Position numbers and translations under genes: made by a program
In this document: positions 1 through 13,844 of the stretch, one piece after another
Layout: the number at the start of each line of letters is the position of its first letter
How positions within the stretch are numbered: position 1 is the first letter of the stretch
Notes under the pieces: model-generated
What the model was told of the DNA's origin: nothing
The model's input: the letters and a program-made list of their open reading frames with translations, nothing else
Databases searched by the model: none
Assembly: GCA_016748015.1 (NCBI GenBank)
Contig: JAAOMT010000521.1
Location: 306,631 to 370,630 of the forward strand
From: Geosiphon pyriformis uo1
Taxonomy: Eukaryota; Fungi; Glomeromycota
Direction of reading: 5' to 3'
DNA length: 64,000 nt

Positions 1-149
1 AATGACAATGACAAAAACAACAGTACCAGTTCCATTCAAAAGGGCAATGAAAATAACAATAATTTAGACTCTGATTCAAACCCTAAAACATATATAGTAC
101 TTCCTAATCTCTTTAAGGAGCAAGAACTCAGATAGTTTAGTAACAACAA

Positions 150-560
150 TGAAGGTATCATGCCAGAATAAGCACATAATACTAATGCTAGATTTAATCT
201 AAGATATTCAGAAAAGAATGCTATCAGATTAGAACTACATTTGTGCATATGCATTGATCTTAAAATAGCACTGGAAATTCCAGCAACAACAATAGTTCAA
301 CTAGCATTTAGGAGTAGCTTAGCAAAAAAAGAAATCAATATTAGAGGAGGAATAATTGACACAGGATATATGTAGGAAATATTATTGCAATACTACAAAT
401 AACTCAAAAAAAGCCTATATTATAGAGCCAAATAAAAAGATAGCACAGGCAATATTCCTGCCTTTGGTTAAAATAGCTCAATTAGTATCAATGGAAAACA
501 GAGAAAAATTAGGAATTACAGCTAAAGAGATACAGGGTTTTGGATTCATAAGTAGAATAG
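150..560 (+). pseudogene. Retrotransposon-encoded trimeric dUTPase domain (copy 1)
   Basis: Decayed motifs I-V in order: AHNTNARFNL, LAFRSSL, GGIIDTGY(V)GNI, KIAQ, KEIQGFG. Confidence 0.85.
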
Positions 561-3500
561 ATGTACCAGTTAATATGGCAGAGGAAAAAATTGTTGACAA
601 AAAAGAAATTATCTCTACCTGTCAATCAATCTCTATTACACCATATGACCAGTACATGGTAACCATAGAAAAAAAGTAAAAGATCAGATACAGATTTTTG
701 AGGCAGAAGCAACACTTTGTGAATCAGAAAAAATTGAATTAGTCAATCTACACATACTGGCTAAGAATCATAAATACATCAAAATTTCTATTTACAACAT
801 CATGAAAGATACTATTAAGATACCAAAAGGAACTACAATTGGATATTTGACCACCAAAGTTAAAAATCAACTGCCAAACACCATTCCAGACTTTCCACAA
901 CTGTGTAGATATGTAGATATTACATCTTAAACAATATATGAATAAGAAGAATGTTATTTGCTCTAACCAAAACAATTAAAACAGATAAACTTAGGAAATC
1001 TAGATCCACTACAATATATACAGCTCAAGATGTTATTCAACAACTTCAACAACATTTTTGCCAGTGAAAACAAATTTGGCAGAACTGACATCATTCAACA
1101 TCAAATAAAAACTGGAAATACAATGCCAATTAAGCAAAGAGCATACAGAGTATTATCAACCAGCCATGAGATCATTTATCAAGAAATCAATTAGATGCTT
1201 AACAACAGACTAATTCAGCTATTAATGAGTCCATAGTCATTACCAGTAGTACTAATCCATAAGAAAAATGGAAAAATCTGCTTTTGTGTAAATTACTGGA
1301 AACTAAATGGAATAATCAAAGGAGATAGCTACCTAATCCCAAAAATCCAAGAGCTGTTCAATGCTTTTAGAAAGAAGAAATGGTTTTCAACTTTAGACTT
1401 AGACAGTGGTTACTAACAAGTAGTCATAAAACCAGAAGACAAGAAGAAAACAGCTTTTACAACTTGAGAAAAAAATTTCAAATTTGAAGTAATGCTATTT
1501 GGCTTGATGAATGCTCCAGCCACATTTCAATAATTTATGGAAATTGTCTATACAGGACTGCTATGGAAATCAGTAGTTGTATATTTGGATAACACTAATG
1601 TGTTCTCAAAGACATTTGATGATCATTTGTATTATCTCCAACAAGTATTTGAAAAACTCAAACAAGTAAGATTAAAATTAAATGCAAACAAATGCTTCTT
1701 CAGAAAAATAAAGCTAAAATTCTTGGGACATGTTATGAACAAAGATGGAATCAAGACAGATCCAGACAAAATTGAGATAGTTAAAAACTTTCTAATACCT
1801 ACCAACTTGATAGAATTAAGAGCATTCTTGGGATTTGCCAGATACTACCACCACTTCATCAAAGACTTTTCCAAAATAGCTCAACCACTACATCAACTCC
1901 AAACAAAGAATACCAAATATAAATGGACTGAAAACTAACAAAAAAGGCTTTAACACACTGAAAAGAAAGCTTATTCAAGCCCTAATATTAATCTATTCAG
2001 ATTACAGCAAACCATTCATTATTACTACTAATGCATCTGAACAAGTTTTGGGAATAGTACTATCTCAAAAAAGACCAGATGGACGAGAACACTCAGTAGC
2101 TTATGCCAGCAGAAGCTTAAGTCCAACTGAAAAGAACTATGGAACTTCAGCACTGAAACACTTGGCTATCTATTGGGCTGTTACCAAATAGAAAAAATAC
2201 TTGAGTCAAAAGTTTGATGTATATATTGATCACAAAAGATTAACTTTAATTTAGAAGCAAAAATTTGGAGATGATTGTCATGCCAGATGGAAAATAGAAC
2301 TTTCACTATTTAATTATATAGTACATTATAAAAAAAGAAAAAAAAATAGAAATGCTAATAGTTTGTCACAAATAAAATAAATCTAAAAACATTTCAACCC
2401 AAAAATATAACAAAAAGATGAATATACAAAAATATTAACAATTTCAACATTATATAAATATCCAGTTGTTCAAGGAGAAATTATATCAAAAAAAACAAAA
2501 CAACATAAAGCAACAATCAAAATATTTTATCAACCATCAAAACATACTTTACCAGAAAAACAAATGAAATCCAAATTAACCAACCAGAGGAAGAGACAAT
2601 ATTATTTAACATGCACTCAAATTCAACAGCAGGACATTTTCACAAAGAAGCAATCATAGAAAAAATCAGAAAAAGATACTATTGGCCATCAATGTATCCA
2701 GATATTACCCAATATGTGCAAAATTGTGATGCTTATTAAAGCAAAGGAGGAACAAAATCCAATGAACCATTGAAACCAATCAAAGTGAAACAACTATTTA
2801 ATTATATTGGAATTGACTTAGTCAGACCATTAACAATCACCAGCAGAGGCAACAGATATATTGCAGTAGCCATGAATTATCTCACTAAATGGCCAGAAGC
2901 AAAAGCCATTCAAAAAGCAGATGCAAAATCTGTTGCCAAATTTGTTTATCAAGATTTGATTTGTTGACACAAATGTCCAAAAGAACTACTATCAGATCAA
3001 AGAACTCACTTTGTAAATAGAATATTGGTGGAATTAAGTCAAAGATTTGAGATAAAAAGACCATTATCATTATCATACCATCCACAAACAAATGGGTTAA
3101 TTGAAAGGTTCAACAGAATACTGTGCAAAACAATAGCTAAGATCAGCCAAAAAAACCAGAATAAATGAAATTTGTTCATACCATCAGTATTATTTGCTTA
3201 CAGGACAATAAAGCAAGACACTATACAAACAACACCATTTGAATTAGTATATGGTAGAACAGCAATATTACTAGTTGAGATAGAAGTCAGAACATATTCA
3301 ACAGAACCAATAACAAAAGAAAATTTTCAAAGAATATTGCTGAAAAGAACATATGGCTTAATAGAAACACTAAAAAACAAATAGCAAAAAGCAGTTGACA
3401 ATATCTAAAAGTTACAAAAAAAACCAAAAAAAAAACATGATAACCAACTACCAGATAAACCAGTTGAATTTAAAATTGGAGACAAAGTATTCTTACATCG

Positions 3501-3839
3501 TACCAAAGTAGAAAAACAATGGAGTGAAAAATTTGACTCCAAATAGGATGGACCATTTCATATAGAAAAAATTCTAGAAAATAGAGCTTATAAATTAAAG
3601 TTGAACAACAAAATCTTAACCAAAACAGCACATAGAAATTAACTGAAACTATATCAAACCATAGTATCACTATTCACCAATAATATTCTACAATTAGGAG
3701 TACAGAGAATACTTGTCCAACCAGATGAGATTCCACAAGATCTAGAACCAATCATAATTATTGAACCAAACACATTAAAACTAAACAACCAAAAAAGTAT
3801 ATAAAGACACAGTATATGCGACAAAAACAACAAAAAAAA

Positions 3840-4475
3840 ATGAAAATACCAGCCCATATTTACACTTTAGCTCAACAATTGTTTTAGGTTTTAAGTTAAC
3901 AGCAAGTAAATATAGAAATTATTATCAACAACCAAACAATCTGTTATTAAAACACCAAACAAAAAGAAAAAAGTACACCATATTAATGACCACAAAAACA
4001 ATCAATAAACTAGTCAAATAAAATAGTAGAGAAAGTAAAGAACACTTTTGGAAAGATAATGATCATAGTTCCAACAAAAAAACTAACTAGAAAAAATTGG
4101 AACCAATAAATAGACCAATTTCCAATACCATATTACTACTATTAATTGAGACAAAAAGTAGATATTAAGAAGTTATATCTTAACAAATCCAAGAAAATCT
4201 TCAATCAAGAGATAATCTGGAACATTGAAGACATTATTGAAAAAAAAAAAAACTTGACACTACATATTAAGACTATTTATTAACTACACACAATATTTTA
4301 AAACTACTCAGAAGTATTGTTACATTCTAACATAGAAACAATAATCATCAACCAATGGAGAAGAATAAACAACTCACAAATTGAAAAAATAAAGAGTAGA
4401 GTAAAACAGATGCTACTTGAAAAAAAAGTATTTGACATAATTCAAAATGAGAATTTTAATGGAGCTCAATATTAA
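3840..4475 (+). pseudogene. Extra 3' ORF (ORF3) of Gypsy copy 1, unknown function
   Basis: TATATAA at 3798-3804, ATG at 3840 (MKIPAHIYTLAQQLF...), stop TAA 4473-4475 abutting the PPT. Homologous to 19681-20304. Confidence 0.6.
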
Positions 4476-4488
4476 AAAGAGGAGATAA

Positions 4489-5308
4489 TGTTACTCATAA
4501 AAAAAAACAGATATAGAAAATAGTAAACCAATAGGAGAGTAGTAGTTAGCACATAAGCACATTGTTCAGCAATATAGAACAATGTCAAAAATCATGGCAC
4601 ATTGTTCAACAATGTAGAGCAATGTCAAAAAATCACAGCACATTGCTCAACAATATGAAGTGATGTTAGAAAATTAGGGCATATTGTTCAGCAATGTAAG
4701 CATTGCTCAAAAAATCATAGCACATCACTCAAGAATGTGAGCAATCTCATAAAACATTAATTATGTATATATAGTGGTAGCATATTACAAATATTAATAA
4801 ATAATTATTCACTATCTCCAATCTACTCTCCACTATCAACACTCCATGTTGATAGTAATTGATACTTAACCACACTAGAACAATAGCTCTTGATCACAGC
4901 TATTGACAGAATACTAATGTGCAAATTACTTTGGCTTATTTTCTTATTTTCTTTTTTTGCTTTATTTTCTTTGTTGTTTTGTTAACTTGATTAAAAAAAT
5001 TACATGTGGAGATACTAATGTCAAAATATAGCACTGGTAAAAGACTCAAAAATAAAAATAGACACTCGGAATTGAGGATATCTTACCAAGAAGATTACCA
5101 GCCATTATATTGAGAAAAAAATTGATGAAACTGCAGTTTTAGAAGCTACAGATAAAACTATCAATTGAATCTCTGTCTATTATACAAAAGACTCAAACAA
5201 AACCTTCAAAAAACACACCTTCAGAAAGTACCAACATCAATACATTAATTGAGCACCAAGTTATGAATTTGTTATTTAATTTGAGACCCCAAATAATCAC
5301 CTGTAACA
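4489..5308 (+). repeat. 3' LTR of copy 1 (820 bp), preceded by polypurine tract AAAAAGAGGAGATAA (4474-4488)
   Basis: TGTTA...TAACA termini, TATA-like TATATATAG ~4765, AATAAA ~4796. Homologous to 11651-12531, 20320-21148, 30073-30880 and 63559-64000. Confidence 0.92.
4557..4750 (+). repeat. ~40-41 bp tandem repeat x5 in LTR U3
   Basis: Unit approx. GCACATTG(C/T)TCA(G/A)CAAT(G/A)TAGAGCAATGTCAAAAAATCA(T/C)(G/A), with an internal inverted repeat CATTGCT-C-AGCAATG. Confidence 0.8.
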
Positions 5309-7469
5309 ACATGTAAAAAACTATGAAATGGCAATGGAAGAAGCAAACCATACCAAACTTGTAAATCTTGCTATTGGAAAAACTAGCTCAACAGTTGAAA
5401 AGAAAATTGACCAACTTACAAAAAAGGTTGAAAATTATTTTACCAACCAACAACAACAGCAATAAACACAAAGATATCAGCCATCACAACAACAAAACCA
5501 AACCAACTACCCATTATTATCAAACAGTTAAAACCAAAGTTGTCATTACTGTGAGATTCCAGAACATTGGAAACAAGATTGCAGAAAGCTACAAAAAGAC
5601 CAACAAAACAAGAGTAATCAATGTTACTTTTCAATACAGCAATTTTTTTATCAGTCTTTACCACCAGTTTACTATTTTTCAAGATCCTAACAGCAGACCA
5701 ATTACTATTTACTTGCTCCATAGCAACAACAATCTTTTCCAATTCAACAGTATCTACAACCACTTACATAATAATATCAAGTACTAGTCTGAAAATTGGT
5801 TTAACATAACCAATTTACATCCCAAAATCAATTCCAGAATAATAACAACAGAATCAATTCAAACAACCATTTGGTTTCCCAAAATTCTGATCAGCAAAAA
5901 CCCAATCATTATTATACCCAATCCAGCTATTTTACAATGCCTGAAGAATCGAATTTTCAACAAACTGTACTTTTTGAAGGTAAAGTTGCAACACCAAGAT
6001 CAAACTCTTTCAACAATACTATCTCACCAACATAAATTGTTCAAAATACCAACTTCTTAGATATATTTCTATTTGAATTTGAAGCCAATAAATCACCATT
6101 TTTGCTTAGCAATGTAGCAGTTAATAAACAAAAAGCAATTACTGTTATGTATACTGAAACTGAAGTAGAAGAAAAACAAATCCACTTGATTCTAAACAGT
6201 AGATCTGTTAAAAGTATTATTACCTACCAACTGATGCAACAGCTTAGAAAAAATGTTGACAGACCAGCTTAAAGAGTAATTGTTACAGTTGATGGCATAA
6301 AGAAAACTCCAGTAAGAAAAATTGACAACTTCTTATTCACTATTGATAGAATTACTATTCCAGTTAAAGTTCTAGTCATAAATACATTCTAATACCAAGC
6401 TCTCATCGAAAATGACTGGCTTTTCAAGACCAATGCAAATTTACATTGGGAAATCTAAGAATTGAAGATTTCATACCAAGGACAATATACCAGAATACCT
6501 GTCATCTATGGTACTTTTAATAAAAAATCTGAGAAAGTTCCAGTATTTGAATTTGAAGAAGAGAAAAAACTACCAGTCACTGAAACCTTTATGGTTCTTG
6601 GATCAATATCTAATTGGGCTAAAGAAACAGAACAAAAAATCTTTAAAAAAACCAGAGAATAGAATGTAGTTAAATATTCTATACCAAAATTATGAAAACA
6701 ACTACCTTACATTCTACTTAAATGCAAAAACTGCAACAAAAAACTTTCATTAATAGGAGCATGTATTTTTTTAGAAAAGGAATATGAAACTTGTACCTAC
6801 TATTTTTACAAAGCATGCCATAAAAAACGATTTAGATATCTCAAAAAAAGTGGAAAATAGAACAACATTTCTTGCTTTACATGTGGAGATATACTACCAA
6901 AAGAATGCAACTGGATTGATGTTGTAATAAAAGAAGGAGTATGTGATCAAACCTGCCAATATGTCCTATTAATTTCGGAAAAAGTCAAAAAAAGAACATC
7001 TTTTAATGCAGCATACAACAGTACTTTCAACAAACTTTACCATTATTCTTATGATGCTGAAATGATTTTTGATTTAGCAATAACTTTAATCAATAGAGCC
7101 ACACAGAAAGATGTCTGACAAATAAAAAAAGCTGAATACATTGAATACACAATGAAATTAGCTGAACTCAATTATAAAAATAAAGTAGAAACATATCACC
7201 AATTGCAAATTACACTTATTCAACCCAAGAAGCTCAAATTTAATGATTAGAACAAATAAACATTCAATTGTGTAAAGAATACATCATGTCTTGTGATAAC
7301 AAATAGTGTTCAAAATACTATGCTCTTAACATTCTCCTGTCCAGTGAAAATAACCAGGAAGAAATTGAATTTGGAAAATCTGAAACAGAGGAAGAGATTG
7401 CAACAACACCAATCTATCTTACTAAAAACCAGTCTGCTATACAATTCAAATACTTTGACAACAATGGAC

Positions 7470-7872
7470 AAGAAATAAAACCAAAAAAAGCCCATGAAAT
7501 TGATGCAGAATATAACCTCAGATATCCTGGCAAAGACATTTTGGTTTTTTAACCAAAGTTTTTAACCAAAATCAACCTCAGAATTGCTTTTAAAATACCA
7601 TCAAAAGCAATAGTACAAATTACTTTTCAATCATTATTGGCAAGCAAAAGAATTATTGTTAGAAGAAAAGTCATAAATGCAAGATATACTGGAAATATTA
7701 CCATTATGTTACAAAATGAAACAAACAAACCATTCAAGAATTGAATATGCTAAAAAGATTGCCCAAACAATTTACCTATTCTTAATCAACATTTCGAGTT
7801 TATAATTAGTTAACAACAGAGAACAATTGAGAAAAAATGAAAGAAAAACTCAAAGTTTTGGTTCAACTGAAC
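7470..7872 (+). pseudogene. Retrotransposon dUTPase domain (family B)
   Basis: KKAHEIDAEYNLRYP ... FQSLLASK ... VINARYTGNI ... KIAQ ... ERKTQSFGSTE (decayed RGxxGFGSTG motif V). Confidence 0.85.
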
Positions 7873-10800
7873 AATTTACAGTTTCAGTAAACATAGCTTT
7901 CAATACATAGAATAAATCTCACCAGATTCTTCAACTTCCCCAACCAATTACCATTTTACTTTTTGAAGAATACCACGAAATTTACACTTGCTCAAAACTC
8001 ACCACTACTCAACAAATCTTTGAATCCAATGAACAAATCTGTTTTAAGCATGAAATCTCAATCCCAAACATTTATATTCTCAAAGAAATGAAGAAATTTC
8101 GAGTTACATTCTACAACCCCAATAATTATCTTATTGTTTTATTAAATAAATTAGAGATTGGAATCATACACAGCAACATCTTTCAAAATAAAAACTCTCA
8201 AATTGTTTCTAATTTCATCGAAATTGTAAGACATATTTTACTTCCAAATTCAAACATCATCTCTATTACTGAAAACTACTACCTTGTGGAAGAAAAACTC
8301 ACTCAAATTAACATGGGTTCCTTAGAACCTCAACAACAAAAACAATTAAAACAGTTAATAACTGAATTTGCAGATATATTTGCAAAAAACAACAAAGATC
8401 TAAGAAAAACTGATATTGTTCAACATCAAATTCATACAGAAGATGCTTTACCAAAACAACAATAAGCCTATTAAATTCCACTGGCTAGCCACCAATTCAT
8501 CAGAGAAAAGATCCAAAGAATGCTCAATAACAGATTAATTCAATCATCAAAAAGTCTATGGATTTTACCAGTAGTTTTGGTTAAAAAAAAAATAGAAAAA
8601 TCAGATTTTGTGTTAACTATTACCAATTGAACAGTGTGATAATTGAAGATGTCTATCCTCTTTCAAGAATTAATGACATGCTAGATGTTCTAAGAAAAGC
8701 CAAGTTCTTTTCAACTTTAGACTTGGAAAATGGATACTGGCAAGTCGAAATGGACCCAAAGAATAGATCCAAAACAGCATTTACTACCTAAGAAAAAAAC
8801 TATGAATTCAATGTTATGCCTTTTGAACTCTATAATATACCAGCAACATTCCAATGACTCATGAATATTGTATATAAAGAACTTTTATGGCAATCAATAG
8901 TTATCTATCTTAATAACACTAATATGTACTTACCAAGCTTTGAAGCCCATTTTATCTATCTGCAAGAAGTTTTTTAATGATTATAGAAAGCAGAATTGAA
9001 GTTGAACATTGAGAAATATTACTTTAGAAAAACAAATTTAATCTTTTTAAACATATTATTAGCAAAAATAGAGTCAAACCAAATCCTGAAACAATTAGTG
9101 CTGTCAAAAACTTTTAAACTCCCAAAAATATTACAGAATTATGAGAATTTATAGAATTAGCCTCCTACTATTTAAAATTTATAAAAAGATTCTTAAAGAT
9201 TGCTAAACCACTCAATTACCTTATCAACAAAAATGTACCATATAGATAGACTGAAAAATAGCAGAAAGTCTTTAAAACTCTTAAAACAAAATTGACAACA
9301 GTTCTAGTTCTTGCTTATTCAGACTTCAACAAACAATTTCAACTAGTTACTGATGCTTTACACATAATATTTGGTGCCATCCTATTACAATTAGATGAAA
9401 ATAACCAGGAGCAAGTTATTGCCTATGCTAATAGAACACTTAAACCAACAAAATTCAAGTATGGCTCAATTAAACAAGAAACTGCCATAGTCATTTGGGC
9501 TTTTAAATACTTTCAACAATACTTGAAGAATGAAAAAGAATTTGACATCATAACTAACAATATTGGCCTCAAATGGCTCAATAAAAAAAAACTGAACAAA
9601 ATGCCAAACAGTCTCAATAGAATGACTTCCTAACAGACTACAAATATATTGTACACTATAAACCAAAAAAACTATACACCAATGTTGACAGCCTCTTAAG
9701 AATAAGACAAGATTAACACTAACAACAATTTCACAACAATTTACCAACCTATTAACAAAACTAACCAAACAACAATAAATTTTAGAAATTACAACAACAT
9801 CAAAAACTATTTGGAGACTTTTACTATACCAGAAAATTGGTCTCCAAGTGAAAAACATTGATTACAACACCAATCAAAACAATATTTTATACACCACAAC
9901 AAAATCTATTTTAAAAATTGCAGAAACCCAAATCAATTACTCAGATTAATACAAAAAAATGAAAAAAAACAATTCTATATAATATGCACACAGATCCTTT
10001 TTCAGCACACTTGGGAAGAGATAAAACAATTCAAAAAACTCTTGAATATTATTTTTGGTCTCACATGCAAAAAGACATTTAATAATATGTAGAATCTTGT
10101 GATAGTTGTCAAAAAAGAAGAGGAACTTGTTCTACAGAATTTTTAAATCCAATCAAAGTTGGACAACCTTTTAACAGAGTTGGAATTGATTTAGTTGGAC
10201 CATTACCTATCACAATCCAAGGAAATCATTTTATTGCAATTGCAGTAGATTATCTTACTAAATGGCCTAAAACTAGAGCCATTCAAAGAGCAGATGAAAA
10301 ATCAGTAGCAAATTTCATCTATAAAGACATTATTTGTAGACATAAATGCCCAATTAAACTTTTATCTAATCAAGGAACACATTTTGTGAACAACTTGATA
10401 CAAAAAATTTGTGAACAATTCAATGTCAAAAAATTTCTATTATCACCTTATTACTCTCAAATGAACTTATAGAATGTTTCAATAAAACATTGTGTAAATT
10501 TTTAACCAAAGTCTCAACAGATTTTGAGCAGAAATGGGATATTTTTATTCCATCAGTATTACTAGCATACAGAATACTAAAACAAGATACTATGAAACAC
10601 ATATTATTTGATCTTATTTATAAAAAGACAGCAACATTACCAATTAATTTCACAGTGGAAACATACTTAGTGCAACCAATCAATGAAGAAAACTTTCAAG
10701 AAACACTCCAAAAAAGAGCCTATACTCTCCTTAGTACATTAGAAGAAAAAAGACACATAGCAGCCACTTATATTGAACACTTCCAAGCTCTACAAAAAAA

Positions 10801-11399
10801 AAACATGACAACAAATTCCCACCAGTTACCAACAAATTTAAAGTTGGAAATAAAGTTCTTTTACACAGAACTAAGGTTGAAAAACAATAGAGTGAAAAAT
10901 TTGAACATAAATAGGATAGACCATTTTATATCTACAAAATTCTAGGCAATGGATTATATAAGTTAAGACTTGATGACAAATACTAGCAAAAATTGCACAT
11001 GGAGATCGACTGAAACACTATCAGTTCAGAAACAATCTTAAACCATTAATTTCACAAATTGGTATACATTCTCCTTTAATTAATCCTAAAGATATTCCTC
11101 GAAATTTAGAACCAATAATTATAATAGAATAACAATCAAACTTAAATACTTAATTTAACATTTTCACAATAACTCTTTAAAATACATAAAACATAAAACA
11201 AAAATAGTAAATAATTACAAGAAACATTTAAACCCAACAACAAATAAAAACTCTATACCCAAAAATAATTTTTTTTATTTTTTTTCAAAATTTTGTTTAT
11301 TAATTAGTCATTTTTTATCATGATTATTCTCTAATATATTCAACAAATATTCCAAAAATTAATGTTAATCTTGAAAATACTTCTTAACTTATCCATAAT

Positions 11400-12911
11400 G
11401 ATTAATAAAAATCAAATTAATTATATTCAGAAAGAAACCACAGTTCCAGTAGTAAATAATTCTCAGAATTATTACTCTTATAAAAAAAGACAAGAAGTTA
11501 CTCTAAAAATCAATTACCAGAACTTTTGAAACAAGCACTAAAAGAAAATCTTTTATTTGCCCCTATTGACATTCTACCAAATACCACAATTCAACAAAAA
11601 CTTCTACTATTCTTTAATAAACAGAACAATAAACATACCCTTATACATAGTGTTACTGATAGAAATATAGTAAATATATTAGCATAATTAGTAGCCAATC
11701 AGAAGTAGGCGTAGTAAATAGGGAATTCCAGAATTTCTCTCAGGAATTGCAGGATTCCAGGAATTTCAGAATTCCCTGACAAGGAATCGCAGAATTTCAA
11801 AATTCTAAGATTTCTCTCAAAAGAATTGCAGGATTCCAGGAATTCCAGGATTCCTGTCGTAAAGAATTGAGGAATTGAGAAATCTTAATTATATATATAT
11901 AGTAGTAGGATTAGAAGCTAAAAAGGAGGACTTCTCAGTTTAAATTTAATCTAAGCAACATTCCAGTTTCCAATCATCAAATAAATAATTATTCCATATC
12001 TCAACCCACTTTCTACTATCAACACTTTATGTTGATAGTAATTGATACTTAACCACGCTGGAACAATAGCTCTTGATCACAGCTATTGACGAGATATTAA
12101 TGTACCCAATTGCCTTGGCTTATTTTCTCTATTTTCTTTATTTTTATTTTTTTTATTTTATTTTCTTTCTTTTTTGATTTTGTTGTTGTATACTAATTAA
12201 TTAAAAAATTAAGCACTGAGTTATTGACGTCAAGGATAGCCTGGTAAAAAACCCAGAAATAAGGGTAGAATTTTATATATTATCGAATAGCTTACCAGAA
12301 GAGCACGACTGCCAGACTAAATCCAGCTACCACACTGAGAAAGAAATTGGGAAAACTCTTAGAAAGATACATTTACTATCAACACTATTGAATTTTTGTC
12401 TATTATACAAAGGACTCCATCAAAAACCTTCAGATACAACATTTGTAGAACCTCATCCATGGAAGTAGCTTTTAAGCACCAAGTTATGGGTTTGTTATTT
12501 AATTCAACAGCAAAAATAATCACCTGTAACAATAGATATTTTCATATTTGAAAAACACTTTATGAACAAAAATTGGAACTTGAAGCAACCAACATCACTT
12601 CTAAAGCTATACAAAAACAAATTCACAATAAATTCAAGACAATAGCTGGACCAACAAATACTTGCTACAAACTTAGAGCAGCTTTTAGACTCTATGATTT
12701 ATTTAATACTTGTGAAAATGTCTTACAAAATCTAATACTTCATTCAATAAAAATTCAATACATTAGAAAGCTTACAGAACTGAAATTTCAACAATTTTCA
12801 GACCAAATCACCTCAATTATTTTGGACCACTATCTTAATATCACAGATAGTGCTTGGATTTCGACAGAGCTCAGCTTTGAGGAGAAGATTATGTTATTAG
12901 TAAAATTTTAG
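11400..12911 (+). pseudogene. Extra 3' ORF (ORF3) of the family B element, split by the solo LTR
   Basis: C-terminal half is ORF 12573-12911 (...YKLRAAFRLYDLFNTCENVLQNL...IRKLTELKFQQF...), running into PPT/LTR. Start approximate. Confidence 0.5.
11651..12531 (+). repeat. Solo LTR (family A type) inserted in ORF3 of the family B element
   Basis: TGTTA...TAACA termini, 4-bp TSD ATAG (11647-11650 / 12532-12535), GAATT(C)-rich U3 array 11720-11885, TGACGTCA at ~12225. Confidence 0.9.
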
Positions 12912-13844
12912 CTATTAATTAGCATAAAATTACTCTTATAATTCCTATTATTAATTAGTATATATTATCATTAATTCAATTATCATTTATTATTTAATTA
13001 AATTATCAAATATTACTACTCAATCAATAATCCAATTTGTATCATAGAAATTAAGATGATCAAATTACACAATATCCTGAATCATTTAATATAATCAAAA
13101 TTCGCTAAAATTAATAAAAATTGGCCGAAATAATCAATAGTTTAGTAAAATAACTTGTAGTTCACCAAAATTGTAGCAAAGAAAAAAGTGCAAGTTTTAA
13201 GACTAGTACTACAACAAGTTGTATAAAAAAAGAGCTTCTCTCTTCAAGAAAATATATCTTTTCATAGTATTTTATCATAGTATCTTATATTAGATATCTT
13301 AATTGAAACAAATTATTTTTTACACATCTTAAATAAAAATTCAAAATTCAAAAACCAAATTCTTTGATTATTACATTTGAAATTCTCTTAACACAATTAA
13401 CATTTTTGAAATTGATTAGCTACCAATTTCAGTAATCTGTTAGTAACTTCAGGCCTGAATAGAAAACGTTTTTTTTGACACAATTCTATTTCTTTTATAT
13501 TTTTTTTATTTTCTTTCACTTTTCTTATTATAATTATTAGAGTAGTCTACAGATAAGATTCTTGTAAAAGAGTTGACTTTTACAGCAAAGTAATTACATA
13601 TTTTTAGTGAGCTTTTAGACAAGCAATTCCTGGGAAAAAGTTGATGTTTACTACAATGTAACTACATAAAGTAACTGGCATAGAATTGGCTATTCCACTT
13701 ATAAGCCCAACAGTTCAAATTATAGGAGATAATTTGAAGATAAATTCAGTTATTGAAGGTTCAATTGCTTTCAGAAAACGTGAAATTAGCAACAGATAAA
13801 CAGTAACAACATTTAAGAAAAAAGACCAAAAACCTCCAGTAACA
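12892..13844 (+). repeat. 3' LTR of the family B element (953 bp)
   Basis: TGTTATTAG...CCAGTAACA; collinear with the younger solo LTR at 32929-33668 (-). Confidence 0.9.

Larger units (their letters stand above)
1..5308 (+). mobile_element. Ty3/Gypsy LTR retrotransposon, family A, copy 1 (5' part outside window): dUTPase-RT-RNaseH-IN-ORF3-PPT-3'LTR; decayed
   Basis: RT motif VVVYLDN (ORF 1537-1938; decayed YLDD), RNase H PVAYASRSL at ~2090-2120, integrase IGIDLVRPL...YLTKWPEAKAI (ORF 2770-2967) and TTPFELVYGR (3172-3384), GPY/F module ~3460-3655. Domain order RT-RH-IN is Gypsy type. Many stops and frameshifts. Confidence 0.93.
5309..13844 (+). mobile_element. Ty3/Gypsy LTR retrotransposon, family B (from gag 3' end): CCHC-PR-Cys-rich-dUTPase-RT-RH-IN-ORF3-PPT-3'LTR; interrupted by a solo LTR
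   Basis: Zn knuckle CHYCEIPEHWKQDC ~5540-5582, protease LILNSRS ~6186, RT ~8500-9200, RH (ORF 9292-9633 LVTDAL...IAYANRTL), IN VGIDLVGPL ~10180 and ORF 10490-10945, PPT GAGGAGAAGATTA before 12892. Confidence 0.9.

Noticed and set aside
3840-4475. env gene
   Set aside because: Too short (~210 codons), with no signal peptide or transmembrane segment visible.
4557-4750. CRISPR-like array
   Set aside because: Contiguous degenerate tandem units with no unique spacers, inside a eukaryotic LTR.
11720-11885. Heat-shock element array
   Set aside because: GAA/TTC triplets are abundant, but spacing does not consistently fit nGAAnnTTCnnGAAn.
11994-12100. Hammerhead ribozyme in the LTR hairpins
   Set aside because: GTC and GAAA are present on the minus strand, but the CUGANGA core is missing and junction lengths do not fit.
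13676-13695. tRNA primer-binding site (TGGCA...)
   Set aside because: It lies inside the LTR, which continues to 13844; no intact 5' LTR/PBS is present in the window.
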